Notes: a model not told the origin generated them from the sequence alone. Numbered from the stretch's first letter, positions 44,873-54,753 are shown. The stretch is 64,000 nucleotides of DNA from Clostridiales bacterium (GCA_015056045.1 SVGZ01000007.1:10866-74865); one strand, 5' to 3'. Numbers and translations: made by a program.

Positions 44873-47266
44873 ATGAATTTCAGAGAATTTTTAAAAAACA
44901 ATAAAGTATATCTTGATGGCGGCATGGGGACACTTTTGCAGGAAAAAGGCCTGAAACCCGGTGAACTTCCGGAGCGATGGAATCTTCTTCACCCGGAAAT
45001 TATTCAGGAGATCCATAAAGGCTATTACGATGCAGGCAGCAATGTCGTTTCGACCTGTACTTTTGGCGCAAACTGTCTCAAATATTCCGAAGATGAATTG
45101 GATAAGATCGTAAAAGCGGCCATGAATAATGCCGAGATCGCACGCGAAAAGACAACAAATCCGGCGGAAAAATTCATTGCGCTCAATGTCGGCCCAACGG
45201 GAAAATTATTGGCACCTTTGGGCGATCTTCCGTTTGAAGATGCTGTGGAGATTTTCGCCAAAACAATCCGCTTAGGTGCAAAATACGGCGCAGAGCTTAT
45301 CATCATCGAAACAATGAACGACAGCTACGAAACGAAAGCTGCGCTTCTTGCTGCGAAAGAAAACAGCGATATTCCTGTTCTTGTTTCCAATGCATACAGT
45401 GAAGATGGCAAGCTCATGACAGGTGCTTCGCCTGCAGCTATGGTTGCCATGCTTGAAGCAATGGGTGCGGATGCAATCGGTGCGAATTGTTCGATGGGTC
45501 CTGCACAGTTAAAACCCGTTATGCGTGAGATTTTATCGGCAGCTTCTGTTCCCGTTGTCTTAAAACCCAATGCCGGAATGCCGCGAAGTGTTGACGGAAA
45601 AACGGTCTATGATGTCATGCCCGAAGAATTTGCTTCGGAAATTGCCGACATGATGGAAGAAGGCGTTCGTCTTGTTGGCGGATGCTGCGGAACTTCACCC
45701 GAATATATTTCCGCATTATATCAGAAAACAAAAGATATCGAAGCAAAGCCTGTCATAAAAAAGAACGATACTGTCGTTTCTTCCTATACGCATGCGGTAA
45801 GTTTCGGTAAAAAGCCTGTCCTCATCGGTGAACGCATCAACCCGACGGGCAAAAAGCGCATGAAAAAGGCGCTGATCGAAAAGGATATTGGCTATATTCT
45901 GCAGGAAGGTACGAAACAGGCGGAAAAAGGCGCAGATATCCTCGATGTCAATGTCGGTTTGCCCGAAATCGATGAAAAAGCGATGCTCGAACGTGCGGTT
46001 TATGCTTTGCAATCGGTAACGGACCTTCCGCTGCAGATCGATACGGCAAATCCGGAAGCGATGGAAGCTGCCATGCGAATCTACAACGGAAAAGCGCTGA
46101 TCAACTCCGTCAACGGTAAAGAAGAGAGTATGCGGGCGGTTTTCCCGTTGGTTAAAAAATATGGCGGTGCTGTGATCGCATTAACACTTGATGAAAACGG
46201 TATTCCTGCATCGGCTGAAGGTCGTTTTGCCATTGCCGAAAAGATTTTGAAAAAAGCGGAAGAATACGGCATCGATAAGAAAGACATCATTTTCGATACG
46301 CTTGCCATGACGATCAGCGCAGATAATACATCTGCTATGACAACGCTCAAAGCGCTGAAAATGATCAGGGAAAAACTTGGCTGCCATACTTCGCTCGGTG
46401 TTTCCAATGTTTCCTTCGGTTTGCCGGAAAGAGACGCCGTCAACGGGACATTCTTTACCATGGCACTCACAAACGGTCTTTCTACTGCGATCATGAATCC
46501 TTTCTCGACGGAAATGATGAAGAGCTATTACAGCTATCTGGCTCTTTCGGGAATGGATGAAAACTGCGAAAACTATATCCGTGAAGCTGCAAATTTTGCC
46601 ACGGTGGCAAAATCGGCAGCGTTACCCGTAAAAAAAGAAGAACCCAATACCTCGGGTGATCTGCAGGCGGCGATTGCACGCGGTTTTAAGGATAAATCCG
46701 CGGCTTTGACAACAGAATTGTTAAAAACAAAAGCACCGCTTTCGATCGTTCAGGAAGAGATCATTCCAGCGCTGAATACCGTTGGCGAAGGTTTTGAAGC
46801 AAAAAAGATCTATCTGCCGCAGCTGCTCATGAGTGCAGAAGCTGCAAAATCCGCCTTCGAAGTCATTAAGGCAAATATGGGCGATGCTAAAACCGATGGA
46901 AAAGGCAAGATCGTTATCGCGACTGTCAAAGGCGATATCCACGATATCGGTAAAAACATCGTCAGATTATTGCTCGAAAACTATGGCTTTGATGTCCTTG
47001 ATTTGGGAAAAGATGTCGCTCCTGAAACAATTCTTGAAGCCGTTCTTGCGGAAAATATTGCGCTTGTCGGGCTTAGTGCGCTGATGACGACGACTGTTCC
47101 CGCAATGGAAGAAACGATCAGACTTCTCCGTGCAAAAGTACCTTTCTGTAAGGTCGTTGTCGGCGGAGCTGTTTTAACGGAAGACTATGCAAAGCAGATC
47201 GGCGCGGATCATTACGCAAAGGATGCGATGGAAACCGTCCGTTATGCGGAAGAAATTTTGAAATAA
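44873..47266 (+). CDS. metH: Cobalamin-dependent methionine synthase, short form without the AdoMet reactivation domain
   Basis: Hcy S-methyltransferase domain (GGCCGT), pterin-binding domain, B12 cap and B12-binding domain (DIHDIGKNIV, SALMTTT). Ends at 797 aa. Confidence 0.92.
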   Translation: MNFREFLKNNKVYLDGGMGTLLQEKGLKPGELPERWNLLHPEIIQEIHKGYYDAGSNVVSTCTFGANCLKYSEDELDKIVKAAMNNAEIAREKTTNPAEKFIALNVGPTGKLLAPLGDLPFEDAVEIFAKTIRLGAKYGAELIIIETMNDSYETKAALLAAKENSDIPVLVSNAYSEDGKLMTGASPAAMVAMLEAMGADAIGANCSMGPAQLKPVMREILSAASVPVVLKPNAGMPRSVDGKTVYDVMPEEFASEIADMMEEGVRLVGGCCGTSPEYISALYQKTKDIEAKPVIKKNDTVVSSYTHAVSFGKKPVLIGERINPTGKKRMKKALIEKDIGYILQEGTKQAEKGADILDVNVGLPEIDEKAMLERAVYALQSVTDLPLQIDTANPEAMEAAMRIYNGKALINSVNGKEESMRAVFPLVKKYGGAVIALTLDENGIPASAEGRFAIAEKILKKAEEYGIDKKDIIFDTLAMTISADNTSAMTTLKALKMIREKLGCHTSLGVSNVSFGLPERDAVNGTFFTMALTNGLSTAIMNPFSTEMMKSYYSYLALSGMDENCENYIREAANFATVAKSAALPVKKEEPNTSGDLQAAIARGFKDKSAALTTELLKTKAPLSIVQEEIIPALNTVGEGFEAKKIYLPQLLMSAEAAKSAFEVIKANMGDAKTDGKGKIVIATVKGDIHDIGKNIVRLLLENYGFDVLDLGKDVAPETILEAVLAENIALVGLSALMTTTVPAMEETIRLLRAKVPFCKVVVGGAVLTEDYAKQIGADHYAKDAMETVRYAEEILK

Positions 47267-47269
47267 CAA

Positions 47270-47302
47270 GAAAGGCTTTTACCTTGTGTAGAAGCCTTTT
47301 CC
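47270..47302 (+). terminator. Intrinsic terminator after metH
   Basis: AAAGGCTT-13 nt-AAGCCTTT, followed by a short T-rich stretch. Confidence 0.6.
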
Positions 47303-47394
47303 TATTAACAAACCATAAACTTTTTGATCGCTTGGTTGTTGGAAGTATTTTTGGCATGATATAATGAGGAAAAACAGGGAAGGAAGAATTTGTC

Positions 47395-49026
47395 ATGATC
47401 TGTAATCATTGTGGAAAAGAAATAGAGAATCCGGCAGAAAAATGCCCGCATTGCGGCAGCAAAATTGGCGTTATGGAAGAAAATAAAACTGTAATTTGCG
47501 AAAAATGCGGTGAAGTCTATGACAGCGCACTTGGGAAATGCCCCTTATGCGGTACTGCGCCTGTGATAAGTGCAGCGGAAAAGACTTCCGTTCCGAAGAA
47601 GAAAAATAAACTGTGGCTGTATATCGGCGGAAGTGTCCTTGTCGTTGCGGCATTGATCTTCTGCTTTGTTTCGGGCGTTTTCAAATCAAATGCAGAGCGT
47701 TTCATTGATTACGAAAGGGAAACGATCATTGAACCGATAAAATCGCTTGCCGTGATGATGGAAGAAAAAGAAATCGAAAATGCAGATATTTCGATGGATT
47801 TTGATTTCAAAGGCCTTTCGCTGAATACTTTCGGTGCTGCTTTGTATGAAGATTATGCCGAAGAATTGCTCAATCAGCTGAGCCTTGATATGCGCACTGA
47901 AATCGATGCGGAAAATGCAGAAACACATCTGCAGCTCGGTCTTATGCTTGCGGATACGGAGCTTCTTCAAATGCAGCTTTTATCGGATCAGGAAAAGATC
48001 TCCGTATATTTGCCGTCCTATGATGAAAAAATCTATACGATCAGCCGAGACAAGCTTGTTTCCGAATATGACATGACCATCAACGAAGGCATGAGTGCAG
48101 AAAAACTGAATGCTCTGATCGATCGATATGCGGAGCTGTTTTTTACCTTGCCCAATAAAGATAATCTGACCGTTGAAAAAGAAGAGATCGAGCTGCCGAT
48201 CTCGGAGAATGTTTTAAAAGCAAAGGTCTATACCTTAAAGCCGACAGCAGAAGAATTGTCTCATTTCATCGCTTCTTTGGGCGAAATGATGAAAGGCGAT
48301 GAAGATTTAAAAGCTCTTTTGGGTTATGATATCAGCGAATCTCTTTCCACATCTTTTGATGAAGAAGCAGAGCGCATGATAAGCGAATCTAAAAATATTG
48401 CCCGTGATCTTGCGGAAAGCTTTGAGGTCGAAATGATTGTTCATGATGGTAAAGTTGCTGCGCAGAGCCTTTCTTTTGCAGATGATCTGGGCAATATGCG
48501 CACCTATTATATGGAAAGCTATTACGACCTGACAAAGTTTGGCATCTTCGGCTTCGGCTGGAAAAATGAAGACGATCTGGAAACAGAATTATTTGCCAAT
48601 TATCAGGTTGGAGACGGCGAAATCGTCGGAGATCTGTATTACGGGTTTGCATCGGATGGAAATGCGGAATATACGCTTGATGCGGATTTTGTGATCGATA
48701 TTTCCGAAGTCGAATGGGATGATATCAAGAATATGGATTTCAGAAATTGTCCTGTGACGATGCAGATGGATTTCGATGCCGGTGAGTTTTTCTCCTATAC
48801 TTTTGATATTACAACGGAAGCGGATGAAGGGCTTTATACAACGGTATTGTCTGTCAATGATATTAACATTTCCGAGATGATCAGTATTGAAGAGATCACC
48901 TTAAAAGTGGAATCCCGCTATGATACGGAAGATAAGCTCGAAATGCCCGCTCTTGAAGAACAGGAGCTGGATAACAGTACATTTGCCAATATCATAAATT
49001 CCGTCGGCAATATTTCGCTGTTCTGA
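47395..49026 (+). CDS. Double zinc-ribbon, single-pass membrane protein with a large extracytoplasmic domain
   Basis: CNHC...CPHC and CEKC...CPLC ribbons, one TM (LWLYIGGSVLVVAALIFCFV), then an acidic domain of about 450 aa with no recognised family. Confidence 0.7.
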   Translation: MICNHCGKEIENPAEKCPHCGSKIGVMEENKTVICEKCGEVYDSALGKCPLCGTAPVISAAEKTSVPKKKNKLWLYIGGSVLVVAALIFCFVSGVFKSNAERFIDYERETIIEPIKSLAVMMEEKEIENADISMDFDFKGLSLNTFGAALYEDYAEELLNQLSLDMRTEIDAENAETHLQLGLMLADTELLQMQLLSDQEKISVYLPSYDEKIYTISRDKLVSEYDMTINEGMSAEKLNALIDRYAELFFTLPNKDNLTVEKEEIELPISENVLKAKVYTLKPTAEELSHFIASLGEMMKGDEDLKALLGYDISESLSTSFDEEAERMISESKNIARDLAESFEVEMIVHDGKVAAQSLSFADDLGNMRTYYMESYYDLTKFGIFGFGWKNEDDLETELFANYQVGDGEIVGDLYYGFASDGNAEYTLDADFVIDISEVEWDDIKNMDFRNCPVTMQMDFDAGEFFSYTFDITTEADEGLYTTVLSVNDINISEMISIEEITLKVESRYDTEDKLEMPALEEQELDNSTFANIINSVGNISLF

Positions 49027-49033
49027 GGATGTC

Positions 49034-49654
49034 ATGAAAGAAAGTTTGCTTCGCCTTGAAAAAATCGAAAAAAGCTACGGAAAAACAAAAGTTTTAGGTC
49101 CGATCGATCTTGAAATCAGAAAAGGCGAGATTATTGGCATCAAAGGCAAAAACGGTGCCGGAAAAAGTACGCTGCTTAAAATCATGGCAGGTGTTTTAAA
49201 AGAAAGTGTCGGAAAAGTCATCATAGATCATAATTTGATCATTGGCTATGTTCCGCAGGATATTGCGCTGTATCCGGAGCTTACGGGAAAGCAGAATCTT
49301 CGTTTCTTTGCCGATCTGGAAAATATCCCGCAAAAATCGGCAAAACGCCGTATCGATTGGCTGCTTGAAAGATTGATGCTCAGCGATGCGGCAAATAAAA
49401 AGCTTTCCCAGTATTCCGGCGGAATGAAGCGGAGGCTTAACCTTGCAGCTGCTCTTATCAAAACACCGCAGCTCATCCTTCTTGATGAACCGACCGTTGG
49501 CGCAGATGCCGAATCGGCAGAGATCATTTTAAAACTGATCAAAGATCTTGCTGCCGCGGGTTCTGCTGTCGTGCTCATTGACCATTACGAGGAAGAGCTT
49601 AATTCCGCTGCAAACAGGCTCATCACCATACATGACGGAAAAATCAGCGAGTGA
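49034..49654 (+). CDS. ABC transporter ATP-binding protein (ABC-2 system)
   Basis: GKNGAGKST, YSGGMKRRL and LILLDEP motifs. Confidence 0.92.
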   Translation: MKESLLRLEKIEKSYGKTKVLGPIDLEIRKGEIIGIKGKNGAGKSTLLKIMAGVLKESVGKVIIDHNLIIGYVPQDIALYPELTGKQNLRFFADLENIPQKSAKRRIDWLLERLMLSDAANKKLSQYSGGMKRRLNLAAALIKTPQLILLDEPTVGADAESAEIILKLIKDLAAAGSAVVLIDHYEEELNSAANRLITIHDGKISE

Positions 49655-49662
49655 AAGGGAAG

Positions 49663-50850
49663 ATGATGAGAAGCTTTTTTGCCTGCCTGAAAAAAGATAT
49701 GATGCTCTTTTTTGCGCATAAAACTTCGGCGATCCTGACACTGGTTCTTCCGCTTGCCGTCTTTTTTGTCATGCAGTTTGGTATGGCAGAAACGGTCAGC
49801 AAGAGAAATTATGTAGAGAGCTTCAAAATCGCCGTTGTCGATGAAGATCAGACTCTCATGTCAAAGACGCTTACGGAGCAGCTGAAAAATATATCGCTGT
49901 TTTCCGAAGTATATGAAACGGATGCTGCCGTAAATTCGCTTTTTGAAGAAGATTTTGCAGGCGTGATCACGATCCCGAAGGATTTTTTCTATGCTGCTTA
50001 TGATATGGAAAATATCCCGATCGGGCTTGTTTTAAACAGCCAAATGCCTGTGGAATCTGAAATCCTGTATTCACTCGTTTCCTCTGTTTCGGATATTCTG
50101 GCTGCAGATCAGCGTGCTGTTTTGGCGGAGTATCTCCTGCAATACGGAGAACTTAGTGAAGAGCACAAGTCTGCATTATATGAGGAAGCATCCCTGCAGG
50201 TGATCCGTGATGCTTTAAACCGGCAGGAAATTTTTTCCATTGCAGAGCAAGGTGCAGAGGAAGAACGCCTGATAAAGCTTTCGATCTATTCCTGTTCTTT
50301 GACCTTGCTGATCATGCTTGTCTGTCTGCAGGTCGTCAAAACCGTTCCCGAAGAAATGGAAATGGGCATTGCGGAAAGATTTATCGCTGCAGGCGGAAAG
50401 AGCAGTTCGCTTTTTTTGTCAAAATTTACCGCTGCTGTGCTGCTTCTTTTGCCGGTCGTGCTCATTTTAAACTTTGTCTTTGGCTTTGAAAATGATCTTT
50501 CCTTGCTTTTGCTTGTTTTCGTTTCGGTCTTCATTTCCTTTTCGATCTATCTGTTTTTTGCGGTCATATGCAGAAATACGGCAAAAGTACAGATGCTGAG
50601 CAATGCTTTTTTGATCGTATCGCTTATTGCAGGCGGTGCGATTTATCCGGTGCAATTACTTCCGGCGTATATCAGGCCGTTAAGCAGCCTGACCGTGCCG
50701 TTTTTGGTCAATACATCCCTGCAGCTCTATTATTTTGAAGCTGATTTTCCGTCGGTAATGAAACCGTTTTTTGTGCCCTTGGGATTATCGTTAGCACTGA
50801 TGGTCGTTTCGTTCGTTTTGTATAAAAAGGGAAGGAGAGGATCCGTATGA
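49663..50850 (+). CDS. ABC-2 type transporter permease
   Basis: TM1, a large extracellular loop, then five C-terminal TMs. Start could be GTG 49651 or ATG 49663/49666. Confidence 0.8.
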   Translation: MMRSFFACLKKDMMLFFAHKTSAILTLVLPLAVFFVMQFGMAETVSKRNYVESFKIAVVDEDQTLMSKTLTEQLKNISLFSEVYETDAAVNSLFEEDFAGVITIPKDFFYAAYDMENIPIGLVLNSQMPVESEILYSLVSSVSDILAADQRAVLAEYLLQYGELSEEHKSALYEEASLQVIRDALNRQEIFSIAEQGAEEERLIKLSIYSCSLTLLIMLVCLQVVKTVPEEMEMGIAERFIAAGGKSSSLFLSKFTAAVLLLLPVVLILNFVFGFENDLSLLLLVFVSVFISFSIYLFFAVICRNTAKVQMLSNAFLIVSLIAGGAIYPVQLLPAYIRPLSSLTVPFLVNTSLQLYYFEADFPSVMKPFFVPLGLSLALMVVSFVLYKKGRRGSV

Positions 50851-51962
50851 GTATACTTCGCCTTTCCCTATATAAAACAAAAATGGCTTTTGGCGGAATA
50901 GGCATACTGCTCGTCGTATTGCTCGTTTTTGGTTTTGTGTTTTCCCTTGTTTCGGAAATTACACAGATAAAAGCACCGGAAGCGATCCCTTTCGCTGTTG
51001 TCGATGAAGATAATTCTCCGCAATCAAAAGCTTTGGTCCGTGCCTTTGCGGAAGAAAATGGGCTTGAGATGGCGGTTCTTACTGAAGATGCTGCCATATT
51101 GGCGCTTTCCTATGGTGATGCGGAAGGTATGCTGAAAATTGAAAAAAGCTACGGGGATAAGATCACACGGGAAACGAAGATGCTTCCCTTGGCGTTTTAT
51201 GCAGCACCTTCTTCGGTTTCCGCGGAAGCGTTAAGAGAAATCGTCAGCGGAACTGTTTTATCGCAGGCTGCCTTTGAACGGGGAATGCTTCATGCCGGCG
51301 AAAAACAAGAGGCTTACCGTGCAATTTTCGATTCGCTTGAAGTCAAAGTTCCCTTTACTGCGCAATACAACAACAGCGATATGCAGGCAAAAGATAGCTT
51401 CCTTTTTGAAGATATACAGGCCATGACTTACGGTTTCTTTATGTTCTCGCTTATCATGGTCCTGTTTTCTGCCGCAAGAAGGCTTGGCGAAACATCGTCA
51501 AGAGCGGTTTGCGAAAGAGCCCGCAGTATTATTTTGGGTGCTTTTAAAGACTATTGTTCGGATTTGCTTTCGCTGGTGTTCTGCGCATGTAGCGTTGTTT
51601 TCTGTGCTTTTCCGGTTCTGCAGATCGATTTATATGCCGCAGCGGTCATTTTTGTGACGATCCTTCTTCTTTCGGCTTTCCTTGTTTTGTTCAAAAACAT
51701 CTTTGTCGAAGGAAAGGCGGATTCGCTCAGCGTTATTCTGCTCATTTTAACGAGCATCATCGGCGGTTGTTTTGGGGAAGCCTCTTTCAACCATGTCCTT
51801 TTCGGCAAACTGGCATACTGCACACCGCAGGGCTTATTCCTTGCCGCAATCCGTGGGGAAAGTCATTGTCTTGCGATCCTTGCCGCACTTGCTGTCCTAT
51901 TGATCGCATTTGGCTTATATAGATTCGTTTTCCCATATCGCAGGCAGAACAAGCGTGCTTGA
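50847..51962 (+). CDS. ABC-2 type transporter permease (second subunit)
   Basis: Same topology as the preceding permease. ATGA overlap and GGAAGGAGAGG SD. Confidence 0.8.
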   Translation: MSILRLSLYKTKMAFGGIGILLVVLLVFGFVFSLVSEITQIKAPEAIPFAVVDEDNSPQSKALVRAFAEENGLEMAVLTEDAAILALSYGDAEGMLKIEKSYGDKITRETKMLPLAFYAAPSSVSAEALREIVSGTVLSQAAFERGMLHAGEKQEAYRAIFDSLEVKVPFTAQYNNSDMQAKDSFLFEDIQAMTYGFFMFSLIMVLFSAARRLGETSSRAVCERARSIILGAFKDYCSDLLSLVFCACSVVFCAFPVLQIDLYAAAVIFVTILLLSAFLVLFKNIFVEGKADSLSVILLILTSIIGGCFGEASFNHVLFGKLAYCTPQGLFLAAIRGESHCLAILAALAVLLIAFGLYRFVFPYRRQNKRA

Positions 51963-52016
51963 CGCCTTCTTTTTTTCTGTGCTATACTTTCACATATTGA
52001 TTTGATCGGAGTTTTT

Positions 52017-52664
52017 ATGGAAGGCTATCTTCTTGGTTATATCATCGGTTTTGTTTATGTCTTTGCCCTTATTTTCGGCATCGGGCTTTTGCAGAAGCTT
52101 CTCAGATTTGATCTCGAGCTTTCTCGAAAGCTGATCCATACTTTTCTTGGCTTTACATGGGTCATTTTGTATAAGTTTTTTGCGGGAAACTGGCAGATCG
52201 TCGTGATCCCCATTGCGTTCATCATCGTCAACGCACTTTCCTATAAATTCAAGCTTTTCAAAATGATCGAAAGGGAAGACGATAACCATTGCGGAACGGT
52301 ATATTTTGCCATTGCGATGACGATACTCATGTTCTGCACGCTTCTTTGGCCGGAAACGATGCCGATGAGCGGTATTGCCGTTTTCTGCCTGACTTTCGGC
52401 GATGGTTTTGCGGCGATTATCGGCAGCAAGGTAAAAAAGAAGATCCATATCCTTCCGCATAAAACCCTTGCCGGAACGATCGCTTGCTTCATTTTTTCGG
52501 TGATCGGCATTTTCGTCTGCCGTATCTTCATTCCCTTTGAGATCAACCTTTGGAAATTTCTTTTGATCGGTCTTGTTTCTGCGGCTGCGGAGCTTGTCGG
52601 CAAAGGTCTTGATAATTTCAGCGTGACATTCGGTGTCTATGCCGTTTCGATCCTGCTTTTGTGA
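52017..52664 (+). CDS. CTP-dependent polyprenol kinase family protein (dolichol/phytol kinase, COG0170-like)
   Basis: Polytopic membrane protein with GDGFAAIIGSK...KTLAGTIA, matching the DxxAxxxG...K(S/T)xxG(S/T) motif of the Sec59/VTE5/CdsA superfamily. Confidence 0.7.
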   Translation: MEGYLLGYIIGFVYVFALIFGIGLLQKLLRFDLELSRKLIHTFLGFTWVILYKFFAGNWQIVVIPIAFIIVNALSYKFKLFKMIEREDDNHCGTVYFAIAMTILMFCTLLWPETMPMSGIAVFCLTFGDGFAAIIGSKVKKKIHILPHKTLAGTIACFIFSVIGIFVCRIFIPFEINLWKFLLIGLVSAAAELVGKGLDNFSVTFGVYAVSILLL

Positions 52665-52673
52665 GGAATATCC

Positions 52674-53462
52674 ATGGAAAATATTTTATGGTCAGCTTTG
52701 ATCGCCTTTGTGGTCGGCTGCCTTGTCGTCTATAAAAAAAGCCTGACATTGCCTGCTGCTTCGCTTGCGGCGTTTATGATCATGCTGCTGAGCTTTTTTG
52801 TCGGGCTGAAAAATATGACTTTTCTTTTGGTCGCCTTTTTTGCCATCAGTGCGGCAGATCATGCGGTCAAAAATAAAAAAGCACCTCTTGCGGAAAAGGA
52901 CAAAGAGGAAGAAAAACACGGAAGAAGATTCATTCAGGTTGCGGCCAATGGCTTTGTCGCATGCCTGATGACGCTGATCTATGCGCTGACAAAAAAAGAA
53001 GTTTTTATCGTTGCTTATATTGCTGTTTTGACGGAATCTTTGGCAGACAGCTTGGCTTCGGATATCGGTATCTTTTCCAAAAAAGCTCCGATCGATATTT
53101 GCAGACTGAAAAGAACGGAACCTGGCATTTCCGGCGGCATCAGCCTTCTTGGCAGTATGAGTGCCCTTGCGGGTTCTGTGTTTATGGCGGTCTATACGGC
53201 GCTGATCCGTGGTTTTGTCGTAAAGGAATTTCTTATAATCATCGCAGCTCCGATGATCGGTATGTTTTTCGACAGTGTATTGGGTTCGCTTTTTCAGATC
53301 CGTTATCGCTGTACCGTGTGCGGAAAGCTGACGGAAAAGAAAACACATTGCAAAAAGCTCTGTGAAAGAGTCAAAGGACCGCGCTTCCTTGATAATAACG
53401 CCGTCAACTTTATGGGGAATCTGATGGCAGCGGCAGCAGCATATCTTATGTACAGCATGTAA
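52674..53462 (+). CDS. DUF92 (TMEM19/VTE6-like, COG1836) integral membrane protein with C-terminal Cys4 insert
   Basis: Polytopic. ESLADSLASDIG and GGISLLGS motifs. CTVCGKL...HCKKLC near the C-terminus. Confidence 0.7.
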   Translation: MENILWSALIAFVVGCLVVYKKSLTLPAASLAAFMIMLLSFFVGLKNMTFLLVAFFAISAADHAVKNKKAPLAEKDKEEEKHGRRFIQVAANGFVACLMTLIYALTKKEVFIVAYIAVLTESLADSLASDIGIFSKKAPIDICRLKRTEPGISGGISLLGSMSALAGSVFMAVYTALIRGFVVKEFLIIIAAPMIGMFFDSVLGSLFQIRYRCTVCGKLTEKKTHCKKLCERVKGPRFLDNNAVNFMGNLMAAAAAYLMYSM

Positions 53463-53487
53463 AACCGAGTAAGCTCGGTTTTTTCTT
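53462..53487 (+). terminator. Intrinsic terminator
   Basis: AAACCGAG-taag-CTCGGTTT, followed by TTTTC. Confidence 0.8.
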
Positions 53488-53577
53488 TTGTTAAAAATTA
53501 AAATAATTATGAATAAGATGTCCTTTTTGCCGATCTTATGCTATAATATCAAAGCCAATACGGCGTTGGAGGTTTTT

Positions 53578-54753
53578 ATGAAGAAAGAAAACAAAGCGCT
53601 CGCAAAGAAAGCTAAGGCTGAAGCGCAGAAAAAAGCGGCAAGAAAAGACCGCTTGAAAACAATTTTGCTTATCGGCATTCCGGCTCTGATCGTTATTGCG
53701 GTATTTCTGACCACAGTTATCGATTTCAAGGCGCTTTTTAACGGTACACTCAACACATCCAAGTTTTTCAGCAAGTACCTGACAGAAGAAGGGTATATTG
53801 AAAATGTCGATATCAATGACTATGTCACGATCGGCGACTATACCAATTTCACTATCGCACATGCCGATATCGCTGCAGATGAAGATGAAATTCAGGAACG
53901 TATTCAGAAAGAACTTGATGAAGAACGTGAAATGCTCAAAGTCAAGGCGATCACCGTTGCAGAAGGCGATACGATCAATATCGACTTTGACGGCACAGTT
54001 GACGGTGTACCTTTTGAAGGCGGCAGCAGCAACGATGGCGGTTATGAATTGACACTGGGTTCCGGAAAAATGATCCCTGGTTTTGAAGAAGCGATCGTGG
54101 GCCATAACGTCGGCGAAACCTTCATGATCGATGTCACATTCCCCGAAGACTATTCCGAAGAACTCGGCGGAAAAGCTGCCGTTTTTGAAATCAAGATCAA
54201 CGGCATCTATCAGGCGCCTGAACTGACGGATGAATTTGTCCAAGAGCATCTGAACGCCTATGCAGATACCGCTGAAGAATACCGTGCGTATGTTCGCGAA
54301 ACCATCGAAAAGGAAAATATCATTGCGTATGTCAAGAACGACATTACAGAAAGCAATACGGTAAATTCCTATCCGGCAGGTTATTTTGAACATTTGGAAA
54401 AACTGACAAACTTCGTTCTGGAAAGCGAATTTGATTATTATGTACAGTATTACGGCGACAACGGCTATGATGAAGTGCATGATTATTACAATATGACCGA
54501 AGAAGAGTATGCAGAATATGTCAGCGAAAAAGCAAAGCTTGACGGCGATTATTATATGATCGTGGAAGCGATCTATCGTCAGCTCGGTCTTTCGCTTACG
54601 GCAACGGAAGTAACGAATTTCTGGCAGTCTCAGGGTATTCTTGATGGCTATGAAGCGCTTATCGATGTTTATGGCGTTCCCTATGCAACGAGAATGGCAA
54701 TGGCAGAAACCGTTATCGATTACCTTGCAGAAAACGCAGTCATCGCTGAGTAA
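53578..54753 (+). CDS. Membrane-anchored trigger-factor-like FKBP-type peptidyl-prolyl isomerase
   Basis: Lys-rich N-terminus and TM (ILLIGIPALIVIAVF), then a TF-type PPIase (GDTINIDFDGTVDGVPFEGG...LGSGKMIPGFEEAI) and a TF C-terminal-like domain. ATG at 53578 follows GGAGG. Confidence 0.8.
   Translation: MKKENKALAKKAKAEAQKKAARKDRLKTILLIGIPALIVIAVFLTTVIDFKALFNGTLNTSKFFSKYLTEEGYIENVDINDYVTIGDYTNFTIAHADIAADEDEIQERIQKELDEEREMLKVKAITVAEGDTINIDFDGTVDGVPFEGGSSNDGGYELTLGSGKMIPGFEEAIVGHNVGETFMIDVTFPEDYSEELGGKAAVFEIKINGIYQAPELTDEFVQEHLNAYADTAEEYRAYVRETIEKENIIAYVKNDITESNTVNSYPAGYFEHLEKLTNFVLESEFDYYVQYYGDNGYDEVHDYYNMTEEEYAEYVSEKAKLDGDYYMIVEAIYRQLGLSLTATEVTNFWQSQGILDGYEALIDVYGVPYATRMAMAETVIDYLAENAVIAE

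Noticed and set aside
52692-53348. 218-aa ORF on the - strand
   Set aside because: Antisense to the DUF92 membrane protein gene. Arg/Lys/Gln-rich nonsense composition.
53536-54480. 314-aa ORF on the - strand
   Set aside because: Antisense to the trigger-factor-like gene, with no recognisable motifs. Shadow ORF.
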